NCBI GenBank assembly: GCA_002011815.1
Contig: MTOV01000018.1
Location: 1-57,743, forward strand
DNA from: Nitrospirae bacterium JdFR-86
GTDB taxonomy: Bacteria; Nitrospirota; Thermodesulfovibrionia; Thermodesulfovibrionales; JdFR-86
DNA length: 57,743 bases
Reading direction: 5' to 3'
The notes beneath the pieces were generated by a model that saw only the letters and a list, made by a program, of their open reading frames with translations, was not told the DNA's origin and ran no database searches. This document shows positions 1 to 9,540 of the stretch, piece by piece. Numbering within the stretch: the stretch's first letter is position 1; every line of letters begins with the position of its first letter. A program made the translations under genes and the position numbers.

Positions 1-37
1 CAAGATAAATGACAACGAACAACAATGCTTTATTCAT
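1..37 (-). CDS. 5' start of a gene running off the window (MNKALLFVVIYL..., signal-peptide-like)
   Basis: ATG at 37, 11 nt after the stop of the pentaheme cytochrome gene; hydrophobic N-terminus; truncated by the window edge. Confidence 0.5.
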   Translation of the reverse strand, partial: MNKALLFVVIYL

Positions 38-48
38 TGCCCTGCTGT

Positions 49-927
49 TCATTTTATATCAGTGCTGTTGGTTAATGAATTGGAATCAACATAATGGATT
101 CTATGGCAGCTGAGGCACCTTACCTTTCCGGGGTTGCTTGTGCCATCTGCTGAGTTATCAAGCACCATGTTGTTTGCCGGGTTCCCATCCACATCTCCGG
201 CATATCGATTGTTCCCCTGAGGGTCTGTCTGTGCCACACCGTTTGCATCCAGCGGGGCAGTAGAGTCATACCCCTGGGCATTAAATATCTCTCCAATGGG
301 ATGGCTGAAGATGGTAGTCCCATTGGCCAGAGAGGGGTCGCTTGCCTGGCTGTAACTCATCGCTCTGTAGTAATGGCAATCTTCACACATCTGGTTGTAC
401 TGGTCATCTATTCTCTGGAAATGTCTGTCCTTGGTTTCGCCGGCAGTGTATGTGGATGAAGAATAGGGGTCCCACGGCTCCTTACGCTGAGAGTGCTGGT
501 TATGACAGACAGAACAGGTAATGACATTATTATAATTTTGAAGCTTCGCCTTCAGTGCCACATTTGACAGGTCATTGGTATTTCTCAAGCCATAGGCATT
601 CGATGGGTCTGACAGAGTGGGCATGGTTGCGTTCCAGGCGTGTGAGGTGCCTCCCACCCCTGGAGAGGCCTGCATGGAGTCTGTAAAGGGCACTGCATTT
701 GCAAGCCCCCCGCTTGTATGACAGCTCAAGCACAGATTGGCATTTGAGGCATCCCGGGTAAGGCTTCCTCCAGGAGCATTATGAATTGTATGACAGCTGT
801 TGCACCGAACCCCAAACGAGGCATTATGCGGAGGGTCAATAGCCAGAGCACTCAGCAGCCCCACAAAAGACATAAACCCAACTGTTATAAGTGCTATCCA
901 AAATCCTCTACTAAGTGCAGCTCTCAA
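49..927 (-). CDS. Secreted pentaheme c-type cytochrome (doubled-CXXCH type)
   Basis: Signal peptide; five CXXCH motifs (CNSCH, CLSCH, CSVCH, CEDCH, CLSCH); SH/HP distal-His motifs. Confidence 0.88.
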   Translation of the reverse strand: MRAALSRGFWIALITVGFMSFVGLLSALAIDPPHNASFGVRCNSCHTIHNAPGGSLTRDASNANLCLSCHTSGGLANAVPFTDSMQASPGVGGTSHAWNATMPTLSDPSNAYGLRNTNDLSNVALKAKLQNYNNVITCSVCHNQHSQRKEPWDPYSSSTYTAGETKDRHFQRIDDQYNQMCEDCHYYRAMSYSQASDPSLANGTTIFSHPIGEIFNAQGYDSTAPLDANGVAQTDPQGNNRYAGDVDGNPANNMVLDNSADGTSNPGKVRCLSCHRIHYVDSNSLTNSTDIK

Positions 928-946
928 AACTTATCATGCCTCCGTA

Positions 947-3655
947 TTATTGAAAACGTCCCAGAGAAATCTTTGCACCACCTTTGGTGAAAGCCCTGAA
1001 CTCACCTTTTTTGACTCCATCATAACTGTAGAGCATGACCATACCACGATTGCGAGGAGATGCACCACTGCCAATGACAATCTCTGCTTTGCCATCATGC
1101 TCTATGTCACCCACAGCAAGGTTTATCCCTGTCCAGGAGTTAACAGTAAAACTCTTCAGAAGGCTGCCATCTAAAGTATAGGTCTTTATAACAGCCTGTC
1201 CAGTCCGTGGATGTCTGCTTATAGCCAGCACGACCTCCACAGAGCCATCACCGTTGAGGTCTCCAGCTCCAATAGCAGGCCTTTGCCTGACCAGTGGCAC
1301 CCTTTTACCCCTTCTGTCCTTTCTGGTGGAGACATCAAAGCCTCCAATGTGCTCCACCTTCCACTCTGCCGATGTGGTATTTATCTTCCAGAACCTTATC
1401 TCCAGGATATCATTGTCCACAGCATGCATGGTAACAAGTTCAAAGAGGCCGTCATCATCAACGTCTGCCATGACTACCTGTGCTTCATGCACCTCATCGT
1501 ATGTGCTGAAGGCTACCCCTGTGTCTATGACCTCCTTGCCATCGTATCTGTAAAGTTTAATCGTAGGGGAAGCCCTCTTTCCACGAGTCACTGCCACCAC
1601 TATTTCCTCAACTCCATCACCGTCCACATCTCCTGAGGCAAGATTTACAGGATATTTACCTTCGTTAAACTTGAGCTTAAATCCCTCAATGGGTGTACCA
1701 TCTGCCTCAAAACCGTGAACCTGTCTCTTTTCAGAGCCCTTCAGGCGTACAGCCACCAGTATCTCATCCATACCATCGCCATCTATATCTCCAACAGCAA
1801 AGTCCTCAAGTCTGTACTTTTTGGAAACCACTTTTAGTTTCCACTCAGGCGTTCCATGGATGTCAAAGAATTTCAATATTGCCCTTTTCTTCACAGGAGT
1901 CTCCGGAGCTACAACTATATGTGTAGCCGCCTCTGGAGACAAGTACTCACCGTTAATCTCTATTTCTTGTCCTGAATCAATTGTAAAGGTTCGACTTAAA
2001 GGTTTCAAATACCTTAATACATGACCGAATGTGATTGTATATGTGCCAGGAACAATCTCATCGTAGCTCCAGAACTTTCCACCACCTGAGTATTCTACAG
2101 GACCACTGAGCACAAAATTGGCCTCGTCAATATTGCTCTTTACAATAACTGTCCCTGCATATATAACCTTTAGATAAACATCTATCTCCACTGCACTGGC
2201 ACCCACTGCATTGATTGTTATCTTTCCAGTATATATCCCTGGCTCTAATGGGGCAACATGTTCATTTAATGAGGCCGTTATAGTGCTTGGAGTAGTTCCT
2301 GAAGGCTCCTGGATGCTCAACCAGGGCACAGAAGCCGAGGCACTCCAGAGAAGTGCCTTGCCCGTGGACGAAATGGTAATACTTTCAGAGGGATATGATA
2401 ATGCTCCCTTTTGATACTTAAAGCTTATTGCTGACGGGGCGACCACAAGCGAGGATGGTAAAGGCTTTACCTCCAGAGAGACCTTAAGAACCGAAGCTAT
2501 CCCGGAAGACATAGTGAATCTTATGTAAGATGTATAAGTGCCTGGTAGCAGATTTGCAGGGTCTACTGAAATCTGCACGGTCTGAGGTGCCTGCCCTTGT
2601 GTGGGCGAAACAGATATCCAGTCTTCGGAAACCGAAGCAGTCCAGGACAGAGGGGTATCAGAGTCAAGGGTTACATCGGTAGATGTAGGCTGTCCTCCTT
2701 CAAATAAGGAGAAAACAATCTCCGAAGGAGTTATGGAAAGCCATGAATAAGACCCTATGCCTAAAACCTCAACCCTCTGATTGCCATTGTTTGAAACAAA
2801 TAGTTTTCCAGCCTTGTCAAAGGCTACATCCAGTGGAACCTTAAACTGGCCTTCTGCACTACCAAAACTGCCAATATAACCGAGGAAAGTGCCATCCCTT
2901 TTGTCGTAAACTGCAACTACTGAGTGGTAGGCCTCCGCTATATATAGTCTGTCTAAGTCAACAGCTAACCCATGAGGACGAAGAAGCTTGTTGCCTCCCG
3001 TGCTCCAGAGACTTCCACCGCCCCCTATATCCCTTCTCCAGTTGCCGTCAAGGTCATACACCCTTACGCGGGCATAGTTATGGTCAGCCACATAAACCTC
3101 GGCTGAGACTTCATCTACCACTATGCCTGTGGGAAACCCAAACGCTCCAAAAGAAAAGAGATATTGTCCTGTGATGCTATTGTAGACCTTAACAGTCTTT
3201 TTTGAGCTGTCAACAACATATACCCTGCCTCTGCTACTTGTTGCTATATCGTTTGGCATCCCGAACTCTCCATCCCCTGAGCCCAGTTTGTAAAGAAGCC
3301 TTCCCTGGACGTCATATACTGAGACATCTCCATGCTTGGTGCCAACGAATACCCTTCCTGTCTCATCGACTGCTATTCCCAGTGGTCTCTTTACAGGGAA
3401 ATGGGTTATCTCTATTCCGTTGTTTGACAGTATATGAACCCTGTCATAGTAGCTATTGGTGATATAGACATTACCACTGGAATCTGTGGCAATTCTCACA
3501 ATATCCGCTTGTGGTAGGGGGAAATAGCCCAGCGTCTTGACGGTTGGCATTACAGCCCCTTCGGAGATTCCTCCCGAAAAGACTATAAACAGGACTACCA
3601 GCCACCTTATAATCATCCACAGTTTCATCCTTAATGGGGAGAAAGCAAGCTTCAT
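947..3655 (-). CDS. Secreted multidomain protein: NHL-repeat beta-propeller, two BACON-like Ig domains, PEGA-like segment, FG-GAP repeats
   Basis: P.GIAVD..G.VYV repeats; WTASVSEDWISVSP and WSASASVPWLSI BACON-like motifs; GDIDGDG/GDVDGDG/GDLNGDG Ca-binding FG-GAP motifs. Confidence 0.85.
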   Translation of the reverse strand: MKLAFSPLRMKLWMIIRWLVVLFIVFSGGISEGAVMPTVKTLGYFPLPQADIVRIATDSSGNVYITNSYYDRVHILSNNGIEITHFPVKRPLGIAVDETGRVFVGTKHGDVSVYDVQGRLLYKLGSGDGEFGMPNDIATSSRGRVYVVDSSKKTVKVYNSITGQYLFSFGAFGFPTGIVVDEVSAEVYVADHNYARVRVYDLDGNWRRDIGGGGSLWSTGGNKLLRPHGLAVDLDRLYIAEAYHSVVAVYDKRDGTFLGYIGSFGSAEGQFKVPLDVAFDKAGKLFVSNNGNQRVEVLGIGSYSWLSITPSEIVFSLFEGGQPTSTDVTLDSDTPLSWTASVSEDWISVSPTQGQAPQTVQISVDPANLLPGTYTSYIRFTMSSGIASVLKVSLEVKPLPSSLVVAPSAISFKYQKGALSYPSESITISSTGKALLWSASASVPWLSIQEPSGTTPSTITASLNEHVAPLEPGIYTGKITINAVGASAVEIDVYLKVIYAGTVIVKSNIDEANFVLSGPVEYSGGGKFWSYDEIVPGTYTITFGHVLRYLKPLSRTFTIDSGQEIEINGEYLSPEAATHIVVAPETPVKKRAILKFFDIHGTPEWKLKVVSKKYRLEDFAVGDIDGDGMDEILVAVRLKGSEKRQVHGFEADGTPIEGFKLKFNEGKYPVNLASGDVDGDGVEEIVVAVTRGKRASPTIKLYRYDGKEVIDTGVAFSTYDEVHEAQVVMADVDDDGLFELVTMHAVDNDILEIRFWKINTTSAEWKVEHIGGFDVSTRKDRRGKRVPLVRQRPAIGAGDLNGDGSVEVVLAISRHPRTGQAVIKTYTLDGSLLKSFTVNSWTGINLAVGDIEHDGKAEIVIGSGASPRNRGMVMLYSYDGVKKGEFRAFTKGGAKISLGRFQ

Positions 3656-3664
3656 GCCAAAACT

Positions 3665-4552
3665 TTATGGACAATCCGAGCTATGGCAAGCAACGCAAAG
3701 GGGGTCGTAGTTATCAACGCATGCCCCTCCCACGAGGAACTCACATGAATCCCCGAGGGCATTTTCATGATAAAGGTGTGGGTCATGGCAAGTGGAGCAC
3801 TGAACCCCATAATTATAACCTGCCTTATATCCTGGTTGGGTGATTTCAGAGCCCTCCTTGCCTGGGGTTCCACGATACTCTTGTGCGGTAGGCCTAAGAA
3901 GCACTTCATCGTTAGCAGGCGCAGTAGCTGTGCTCTCCCAGGGATATTTTAGCCGGGTGCTTGTTATACCAGCTGTACAATTGGCAATAGAGTCTGTTAT
4001 AAGTACGTCGTTCATAGGCACCGAAAATATATGGTGTGAAGGCGCAGTGCCAAGCCAACCAGGGCAGGCACTGGTCATACGTCCCTCACTGTCAAGGCAG
4101 GCGCCTGTCATAAGAACAGCCCCTGAAGCAAGCTCCCCTACGGCTACTGTCCCATCATGACAGCTCATACACAGCTTTGAGGCACCATCTATAGAGTGCG
4201 AGGGCATAGTCGTGGAATTAATAAGGTAAGAAGAAGTATTACTGAAATCAATAGTTGCTGTCGATAGTGTATGGTTCCACAACGGAGCATTTATAAGCGT
4301 AGTGTCTGTAATTGCATAATGGGGAGTGTGGCAAAATATACATATCCGTGTTTCGCTTTGCGCTTTTATAGGGCCTGGGCCAGAGATAGAAAGGTTGTGT
4401 TTATTGCTAGGGTCTGTAAGATTGCCTATCCCTCCTATTACAGCCTCTACCTCAGGATGCTGGCTATACTCTATTAAGAGGGCACCAAAGATACAAACCA
4501 AAAAGATTAGAATCGTTATAAATGTCTTTTTCCTGAGGCCATTGAATTTCAC
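3665..4552 (-). CDS. Tetraheme c-type cytochrome, OmcE-like layout
   Basis: KHNLS...ICIFCHTPH...PLWNH...LCMSCHDG...HH...VQCSTCHDPH...LCVACH; N-terminal TM/signal. Confidence 0.8.
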   Translation of the reverse strand: MKFNGLRKKTFITILIFLVCIFGALLIEYSQHPEVEAVIGGIGNLTDPSNKHNLSISGPGPIKAQSETRICIFCHTPHYAITDTTLINAPLWNHTLSTATIDFSNTSSYLINSTTMPSHSIDGASKLCMSCHDGTVAVGELASGAVLMTGACLDSEGRMTSACPGWLGTAPSHHIFSVPMNDVLITDSIANCTAGITSTRLKYPWESTATAPANDEVLLRPTAQEYRGTPGKEGSEITQPGYKAGYNYGVQCSTCHDPHLYHENALGDSCEFLVGGACVDNYDPLCVACHSSDCP

Positions 4553-4567
4553 TGTAAGTTCTCAACC

Positions 4568-4628
4568 TTTTTATAAAAATTTTATCTTACTTACCTTTAG
4601 AATAAAATTTTTATAAAAATGATGTCAA
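4568..4628 (-). promoter_or_regulatory. sigma70-type promoter (TTGACA-N18-TATTCT) overlapped by an 18-bp perfect inverted repeat
   Basis: Minus strand TTGACA at 4628-4623 and TATTCT 18 nt downstream; arms tttttataaaaattttat (4568-4585) and ataaaatttttataaaaa (4602-4619). Confidence 0.55.
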
Positions 4629-4700
4629 TATAATGTACTTAATATGTACCAGGAAAGAACAGGCGGATTTGAAAGATTTAGGGTTTGGGAGTATTCACAT

Positions 4701-5357
4701 TTATGTGTTTATTTTAATTATTCCCTTCTGAATGGCGAACTTAATCAAGCCTGAGCGGCTGCTGATACCGAGTTTTTCAGTGATATTAGTCTGGTGTGCA
4801 ATAACGGTTTTGACACTGATGTTAAGCATGTCAGCGATTTCCTTATGTGTATAGCCCTCGGCTATGAGTTTCAAGACCTGTTTTTCCCTGTCTGTAAGTT
4901 TTTCATACGGGTCTTCCATTGCAGGTTTATCCTTGCCGAGGTATCCGGCGACCACTTCTGATGCAATTGAGGGGTAGAGATAGAATTCTCCTCTGTTTAC
5001 TGCCCTTATCGCAGCGACCAGTTCACTTCCTACTGCCCGCTTGAGCAGGTACCCTGAGACCCCTGCTTTCAGGAAGCGTGATATATACTCTGTGTCATCG
5101 TACTGTGTAAGCACAAGTATTTTTGCACGGGGGGTTGTCTTTCCGAGTTCGATTGTTGCTTCCAGACCACCCAGCTTTGGCATTGCAATATCCAGCAAAA
5201 TAACATCAGGGTCGAATTTTTTTGCCTGTTCTATTGCCTCAAGGCCATCCGATGCCTCTGCAACTACCTCTATGTCATCGCAAAGTTTAAGGAATGCGCT
5301 GATGCCCTCTCTTACCAGAGCATGATCATCAGCAATCAACACTCTTATTTTAGACAT
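4701..5357 (-). CDS. NarL/LuxR-family response regulator
   Basis: REC domain (IADDH, LLDIAMP) and LuxR HTH (LTDREKQVLKLIAEG...EIADMLNISVKTV). Confidence 0.95.
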   Translation of the reverse strand: MSKIRVLIADDHALVREGISAFLKLCDDIEVVAEASDGLEAIEQAKKFDPDVILLDIAMPKLGGLEATIELGKTTPRAKILVLTQYDDTEYISRFLKAGVSGYLLKRAVGSELVAAIRAVNRGEFYLYPSIASEVVAGYLGKDKPAMEDPYEKLTDREKQVLKLIAEGYTHKEIADMLNISVKTVIAHQTNITEKLGISSRSGLIKFAIQKGIIKINT

Positions 5358-7209
5358 TTTCGCTTCTTGCAGGTTTTAATGGCAGCTTCACGTTCACCCT
5401 TGTGCCCACACCTAATATTGAGCATATTTGCAACTTTCCGTCAAGAATGGATGCTCTTTCTTTCATTCCCAGAAGACCCAGTCCTTTTTCTTTTCCTGAG
5501 GTGGATTTCAGTATTGAATGGACATCAAACCCCTTTCCATCGTCTTCTATGTCCACGTTGATTAAGGTGTCGGTCGTCTTTATCACAACGAAGACATTAT
5601 TGGCCTCTGCGTGTTTTGCAATATTTATGATTGACTCCTGTATTATTCTGAACAGTGTTATCTCGACCTGCGAGTCAAATCTTTTATTAGGCACGGTTTT
5701 CATGTTTAAGAAGTAATTTATTCCTTTTTCAGAGAGGTGTTTGTCGAGCAGCCACTTGATGGCTGCGTCAAGTCCGAGGTCGTCAAGGATTGAAGGTCTC
5801 AGGTTTTTGATGATATCGTGTATGTCGTCTATAATTTTTTCTACAAGCTGTTTCATTTCTTCTATCCTGTTGTCATCGATTCTTTCGGGGTACATTTTGC
5901 ACATGTCAAGTTTAATCAGGAGCACTGATATATCCTGAAGGATTTCGTCATGGAGTTCACGTGCTATTCTTTTCCTTTCGTCTTCCTGCGAAGTGATGAC
6001 CTGTTTTAACAGGGTTTGGACTTTTTGCTGTGCCTGTCGTATCTTCTTTGTTCTGTCCAGAACACGTTTTTCCAGCTCGGCACTATACCTCTTTAAGTTT
6101 TCGAGAGACTCTGCGAGTTTTATTCTCATGACGTCGAAGCTCTGGCTGAGGATACCGATTTCGTCGGTGCCGTGTTGGGCGATAGGCTTTGACAGCTCGC
6201 CTTTAGCTATCTGGTTGGTTGCCTTTGTCAGCTCTTTTATGGGGTTCACTATACTACGGTTTATCCCCATAGCCAGCAGGAATGCAGTTCCTACAAAGAT
6301 GACGCCGAGTGCAATAAAGGTTTTTCTAAGCTGGAGTGCAGGGGCAAAGATATCTTCCTTTGGTTCCTGTATTGATACACCCCAGGGTGCCAGTTCAAGG
6401 GGTGTAAATGTAAGTACGTTTGTGGACCTCTCCTTTTTTCCGGAATCATGGCACTGATGGCATGTCGCAACGCATTCTTTTTTTGAACTTATTACTGTGC
6501 TGAAAAATTTGTTGTAGTCGCAGTATGTCAGCGACCGGGCGGGTTTTGATGATGAGATAACTACCCCGTTGGAGTCAATGATGTCTATAAAGGTGTTTTC
6601 CCCTATGTCAATTAACTTGAGCATGTGCGTGAGGATGGGATTTGTAGGGTCGATTTCTCCTCCGGCAACACCAACGTAGTTGCCGTTTTTATCCTTTAAG
6701 GGCACCAGTACGAATAAGACCTTTCTTTTTGTAGTCTCGGTGGTGTAAATGTTCGATACGACCGGCTTGCCGGTGGCAATTATCCTGCTTATAGGTTCGA
6801 TGCTCAGCAGGTTGAGGTTTTTCTCTTCTATCTTTTCAGGGTAAGTTAAAAGGACATTTCCGCCCTTGTCCAGAAGGAAGATCCCATCTGTAAATATAGA
6901 GTACTTGTATGCTGTAGTGAGGGCTTCTCTTTCCGGGCCAAAATCATTGTCATCCAGATTAACACTGCCTGAGAGGGATATATCGTAGAGACGGTTTATG
7001 TTATCTTCTATTATACTGTCTATGTTGTTTCGGATGAGGCGAGCCAGTGCAAGTCTTTTATTCAGTGAGCTTTCTATACTTTTCTGGATGATGTAGTAGC
7101 TTACGATTCCAAAGCTTAATAATACAATCGACATGCTTAGGGTTATTGCCAGCGTGATTCTTTTTCGTAAACTCCCTCTTCTCCCCCCCATAGAGAAATT
7201 ATAAAACAA
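5350..7209 (-). CDS. Membrane sensor histidine kinase (Cache-like with CXXCH, HAMP, HisKA_3, HATPase_c); start may be the ATG at 7191
   Basis: Two TM helices, HAMP, ERKRIARELHD H-box, DDGKGF and GLGLLGMKER; CHQCH in the periplasmic region. Confidence 0.92.
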   Translation of the reverse strand: MFYNFSMGGRRGSLRKRITLAITLSMSIVLLSFGIVSYYIIQKSIESSLNKRLALARLIRNNIDSIIEDNINRLYDISLSGSVNLDDNDFGPEREALTTAYKYSIFTDGIFLLDKGGNVLLTYPEKIEEKNLNLLSIEPISRIIATGKPVVSNIYTTETTKRKVLFVLVPLKDKNGNYVGVAGGEIDPTNPILTHMLKLIDIGENTFIDIIDSNGVVISSSKPARSLTYCDYNKFFSTVISSKKECVATCHQCHDSGKKERSTNVLTFTPLELAPWGVSIQEPKEDIFAPALQLRKTFIALGVIFVGTAFLLAMGINRSIVNPIKELTKATNQIAKGELSKPIAQHGTDEIGILSQSFDVMRIKLAESLENLKRYSAELEKRVLDRTKKIRQAQQKVQTLLKQVITSQEDERKRIARELHDEILQDISVLLIKLDMCKMYPERIDDNRIEEMKQLVEKIIDDIHDIIKNLRPSILDDLGLDAAIKWLLDKHLSEKGINYFLNMKTVPNKRFDSQVEITLFRIIQESIINIAKHAEANNVFVVIKTTDTLINVDIEDDGKGFDVHSILKSTSGKEKGLGLLGMKERASILDGKLQICSILGVGTRVNVKLPLKPARSENV

Positions 7210-7247
7210 GAGTTGAAAATTGCAACTTTTGATTGATGGTTAAGGTT

Positions 7248-7997
7248 CTAACTGGTTTCCAAATTTTCATAGTGTATGTCCTGATGTTCGGTTATTATCT
7301 CTTCCAGTGGTTTGCCTTCGAGCCTTGCAAGTTCAATAGGATGTTCAGTGAGCATCCTTTCCTTTGATATATAACCTGTGAATATGCTTGTATCAAGTGG
7401 GGAGACGTCCGGACTGAATATGGAGTTGTAGATATGCCATACAGCGATAATGAGAAAGATAACCAGTGCCTGGTTTGTGTGCATGACCTTTGCAGCAGGG
7501 ATAATCTCTCCGGGCAGGAACCGCGTGATGAATGTCGGAAACCAGAGTATAATCCCTGTTACAATCATCAAAAGCCCGCCGATGAGGATTCCCCAGTATT
7601 CGAATTTTTGCTTGTAGTTGTAGCGGTCGCAGATTGCAGGGCGGCTTTCGATACCGAGGTAATATTTAATATTATGTATTGCGTCGGTAAAGTCTTTTTT
7701 ACTTATAATCATAGAGGGATGCCACTTTTTAAATGCAACGCCTATTATCCCGATTATAATGTGTATGGAGGTAATCAAGAGGAAGACTATCCCTGTAAAT
7801 CGATGGACTAATCTTGCATAATCAATACCTCCCATTTTGAAGATAAGCCACTGGGAGACGTCAAGCGAATAGAACTTCTGGGAAAGTCCTGTAACAACAA
7901 GAACCCCGAAGGTCAACATGACCGCCCAGTGCTCGATGATACGGAAGATGCTGAATCTTCTGATTTTATTTCCTTTTATCCTATCGATGTTTGCCAT
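7248..7997 (-). CDS. Cytochrome b membrane subunit (FdnI/HyaC-like)
   Basis: RIIEHW, LVHR, RYNYKQKFEYW, VMHT and WHIY heme-b His ligands in four TM helices. Confidence 0.88.
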   Translation of the reverse strand: MANIDRIKGNKIRRFSIFRIIEHWAVMLTFGVLVVTGLSQKFYSLDVSQWLIFKMGGIDYARLVHRFTGIVFLLITSIHIIIGIIGVAFKKWHPSMIISKKDFTDAIHNIKYYLGIESRPAICDRYNYKQKFEYWGILIGGLLMIVTGIILWFPTFITRFLPGEIIPAAKVMHTNQALVIFLIIAVWHIYNSIFSPDVSPLDTSIFTGYISKERMLTEHPIELARLEGKPLEEIITEHQDIHYENLETS

Positions 7998-8012
7998 CCC
8001 AATCCTCCTCTT

Positions 8013-9443
8013 TTATCTGTTTACTGCATATCTCCAGATATGCAATATGATTTGCAAAATGAGTCCTATCAGCAAGCCGGGTATGAATATCTGGTATATC
8101 GAGTTGACGATAAACACCAGCGGTGCCTTCTTCAGGGTTGGTTCGTAGTGTGAGAGCCAGGCAGCTGGAAAGTTTTTAGTTGCATCCTTGTGGCACTGCT
8201 GGCATCTCTTCAAAAGGTTGGCTTTTACCACAGCCGGGTCTGTATTTCTGGTGCTGATTATGTTGTGGCTGCCGTGGCAATCTGTGCAAACGGCTATCTG
8301 TCTTGCAGGTTTGTTGAATTCCTCTCTCTGTTTTTTGTAGAAGATAAGGGTAACCCCGTGAAAATCCGACAGGTAGGTTTTTACGACATTTGTTGAAAGC
8401 CCGTATTTGCTTACTATGGCTTCATTGGCATGACAGTTACTGCATATCTCAGGTATCTTCTCGCGATAATCTAATGCAAGCGCATCTGCTATATCGTGGG
8501 CTTTGTGACAATCCACACATACAGGTACATCACGATTGTGCATGTCAAACAGTGCTTTGCCATGGACACTTTTTGCATATATATCAAATATTCTCGGATG
8601 GCATCTCTGACATCTATGGGCTATAAGCGTTCTTTCCTTGCCGAAATCCAGGGTTAGATGAGAGCCATGGCAGTCGGTACATACAGGGGCTTTAAGGTTT
8701 CCCTGACTGAGTTTTATGTAATGGATGCTTTCCATGGTCTTGGTATATTTATCGAAGTGACAGCGTCTGCATGTCTCTGAATTAGCGATTGAGAAGTCGC
8801 GAAGACTCTTGAAATTTCTCTGGGGATGACGTGTGCTGGAAAAACCAAAGTGGCAGTCTGAACAGCTGAGCTTTCTATGTACGGAGGCTTTCAGTAATGA
8901 CGCATCTATTTTCAGGGATAAGGTCTCACCGTTGTTAAATTCCATGCTCAACTCGTAGGCATGGCATTTCAGGCAGTGCTGCTCTTCGGTCTTGAATGTT
9001 CTTTTACCCACGTGCACTATTGAGTGAGAGCCGTGGCAGTTGGTGCAGGGGTGTGGTTTACCTTCCTCTTCTTCGCTTAATACTTTGGCGTGGATGGGTG
9101 TTGCTTTGAGGTTCAAGTGGCAGCGCCGACATACAAGGGAGGATTTTATGATGTATTGTTTTTTGCTCCTGTATCGTCTTGACGGATGTTTTTCTGTGGA
9201 AAAGTCGGTATGGCAGTCAGAGCACGCCAGGGAGTTGTGAACAGAGACCATAAATTTTTTAGCATCCACATAAGCTTCTATTGATTCATTGTTTTCAAAC
9301 TTCTTGATTATTCCGTGTTTGGCGTGACATCTCAGGCACTCCTGGACTTCGCCTGAAAAGGCATCACTGGCAAAGCAGGCGAAGGTTACAAGAAATGCCA
9401 TTAATATGAAGATTATTTTCCCCCCTGCCGTTATGGTCATCAT
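8013..9443 (-). CDS. 13-heme c-type cytochrome with C-terminal membrane anchor
   Basis: 13 CXXCH motifs counted; signal peptide; C-terminal TM helix ending ILHIWR. Confidence 0.9.
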   Translation of the reverse strand: MMTITAGGKIIFILMAFLVTFACFASDAFSGEVQECLRCHAKHGIIKKFENNESIEAYVDAKKFMVSVHNSLACSDCHTDFSTEKHPSRRYRSKKQYIIKSSLVCRRCHLNLKATPIHAKVLSEEEEGKPHPCTNCHGSHSIVHVGKRTFKTEEQHCLKCHAYELSMEFNNGETLSLKIDASLLKASVHRKLSCSDCHFGFSSTRHPQRNFKSLRDFSIANSETCRRCHFDKYTKTMESIHYIKLSQGNLKAPVCTDCHGSHLTLDFGKERTLIAHRCQRCHPRIFDIYAKSVHGKALFDMHNRDVPVCVDCHKAHDIADALALDYREKIPEICSNCHANEAIVSKYGLSTNVVKTYLSDFHGVTLIFYKKQREEFNKPARQIAVCTDCHGSHNIISTRNTDPAVVKANLLKRCQQCHKDATKNFPAAWLSHYEPTLKKAPLVFIVNSIYQIFIPGLLIGLILQIILHIWRYAVNR

Positions 9444-9444
9444 C

Positions 9445-9540
9445 TTAATAACTCAGGACACAGAGACGAATATTTTTCTGACAGCTTACCCTTACGATTT
9501 CCTCATCATCGATGACGAGGATGTTTTTTTGTTTGCCCAT
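9445..9540 (-). pseudogene. Truncated response-regulator receiver remnant (31 aa)
   Basis: Manual translation MGKQKNILVIDDEEIVRVSCQKNIRLCVLSY*; the first 22 aa are a textbook REC N-terminus; ATG overlaps the kinase stop. Confidence 0.75.
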
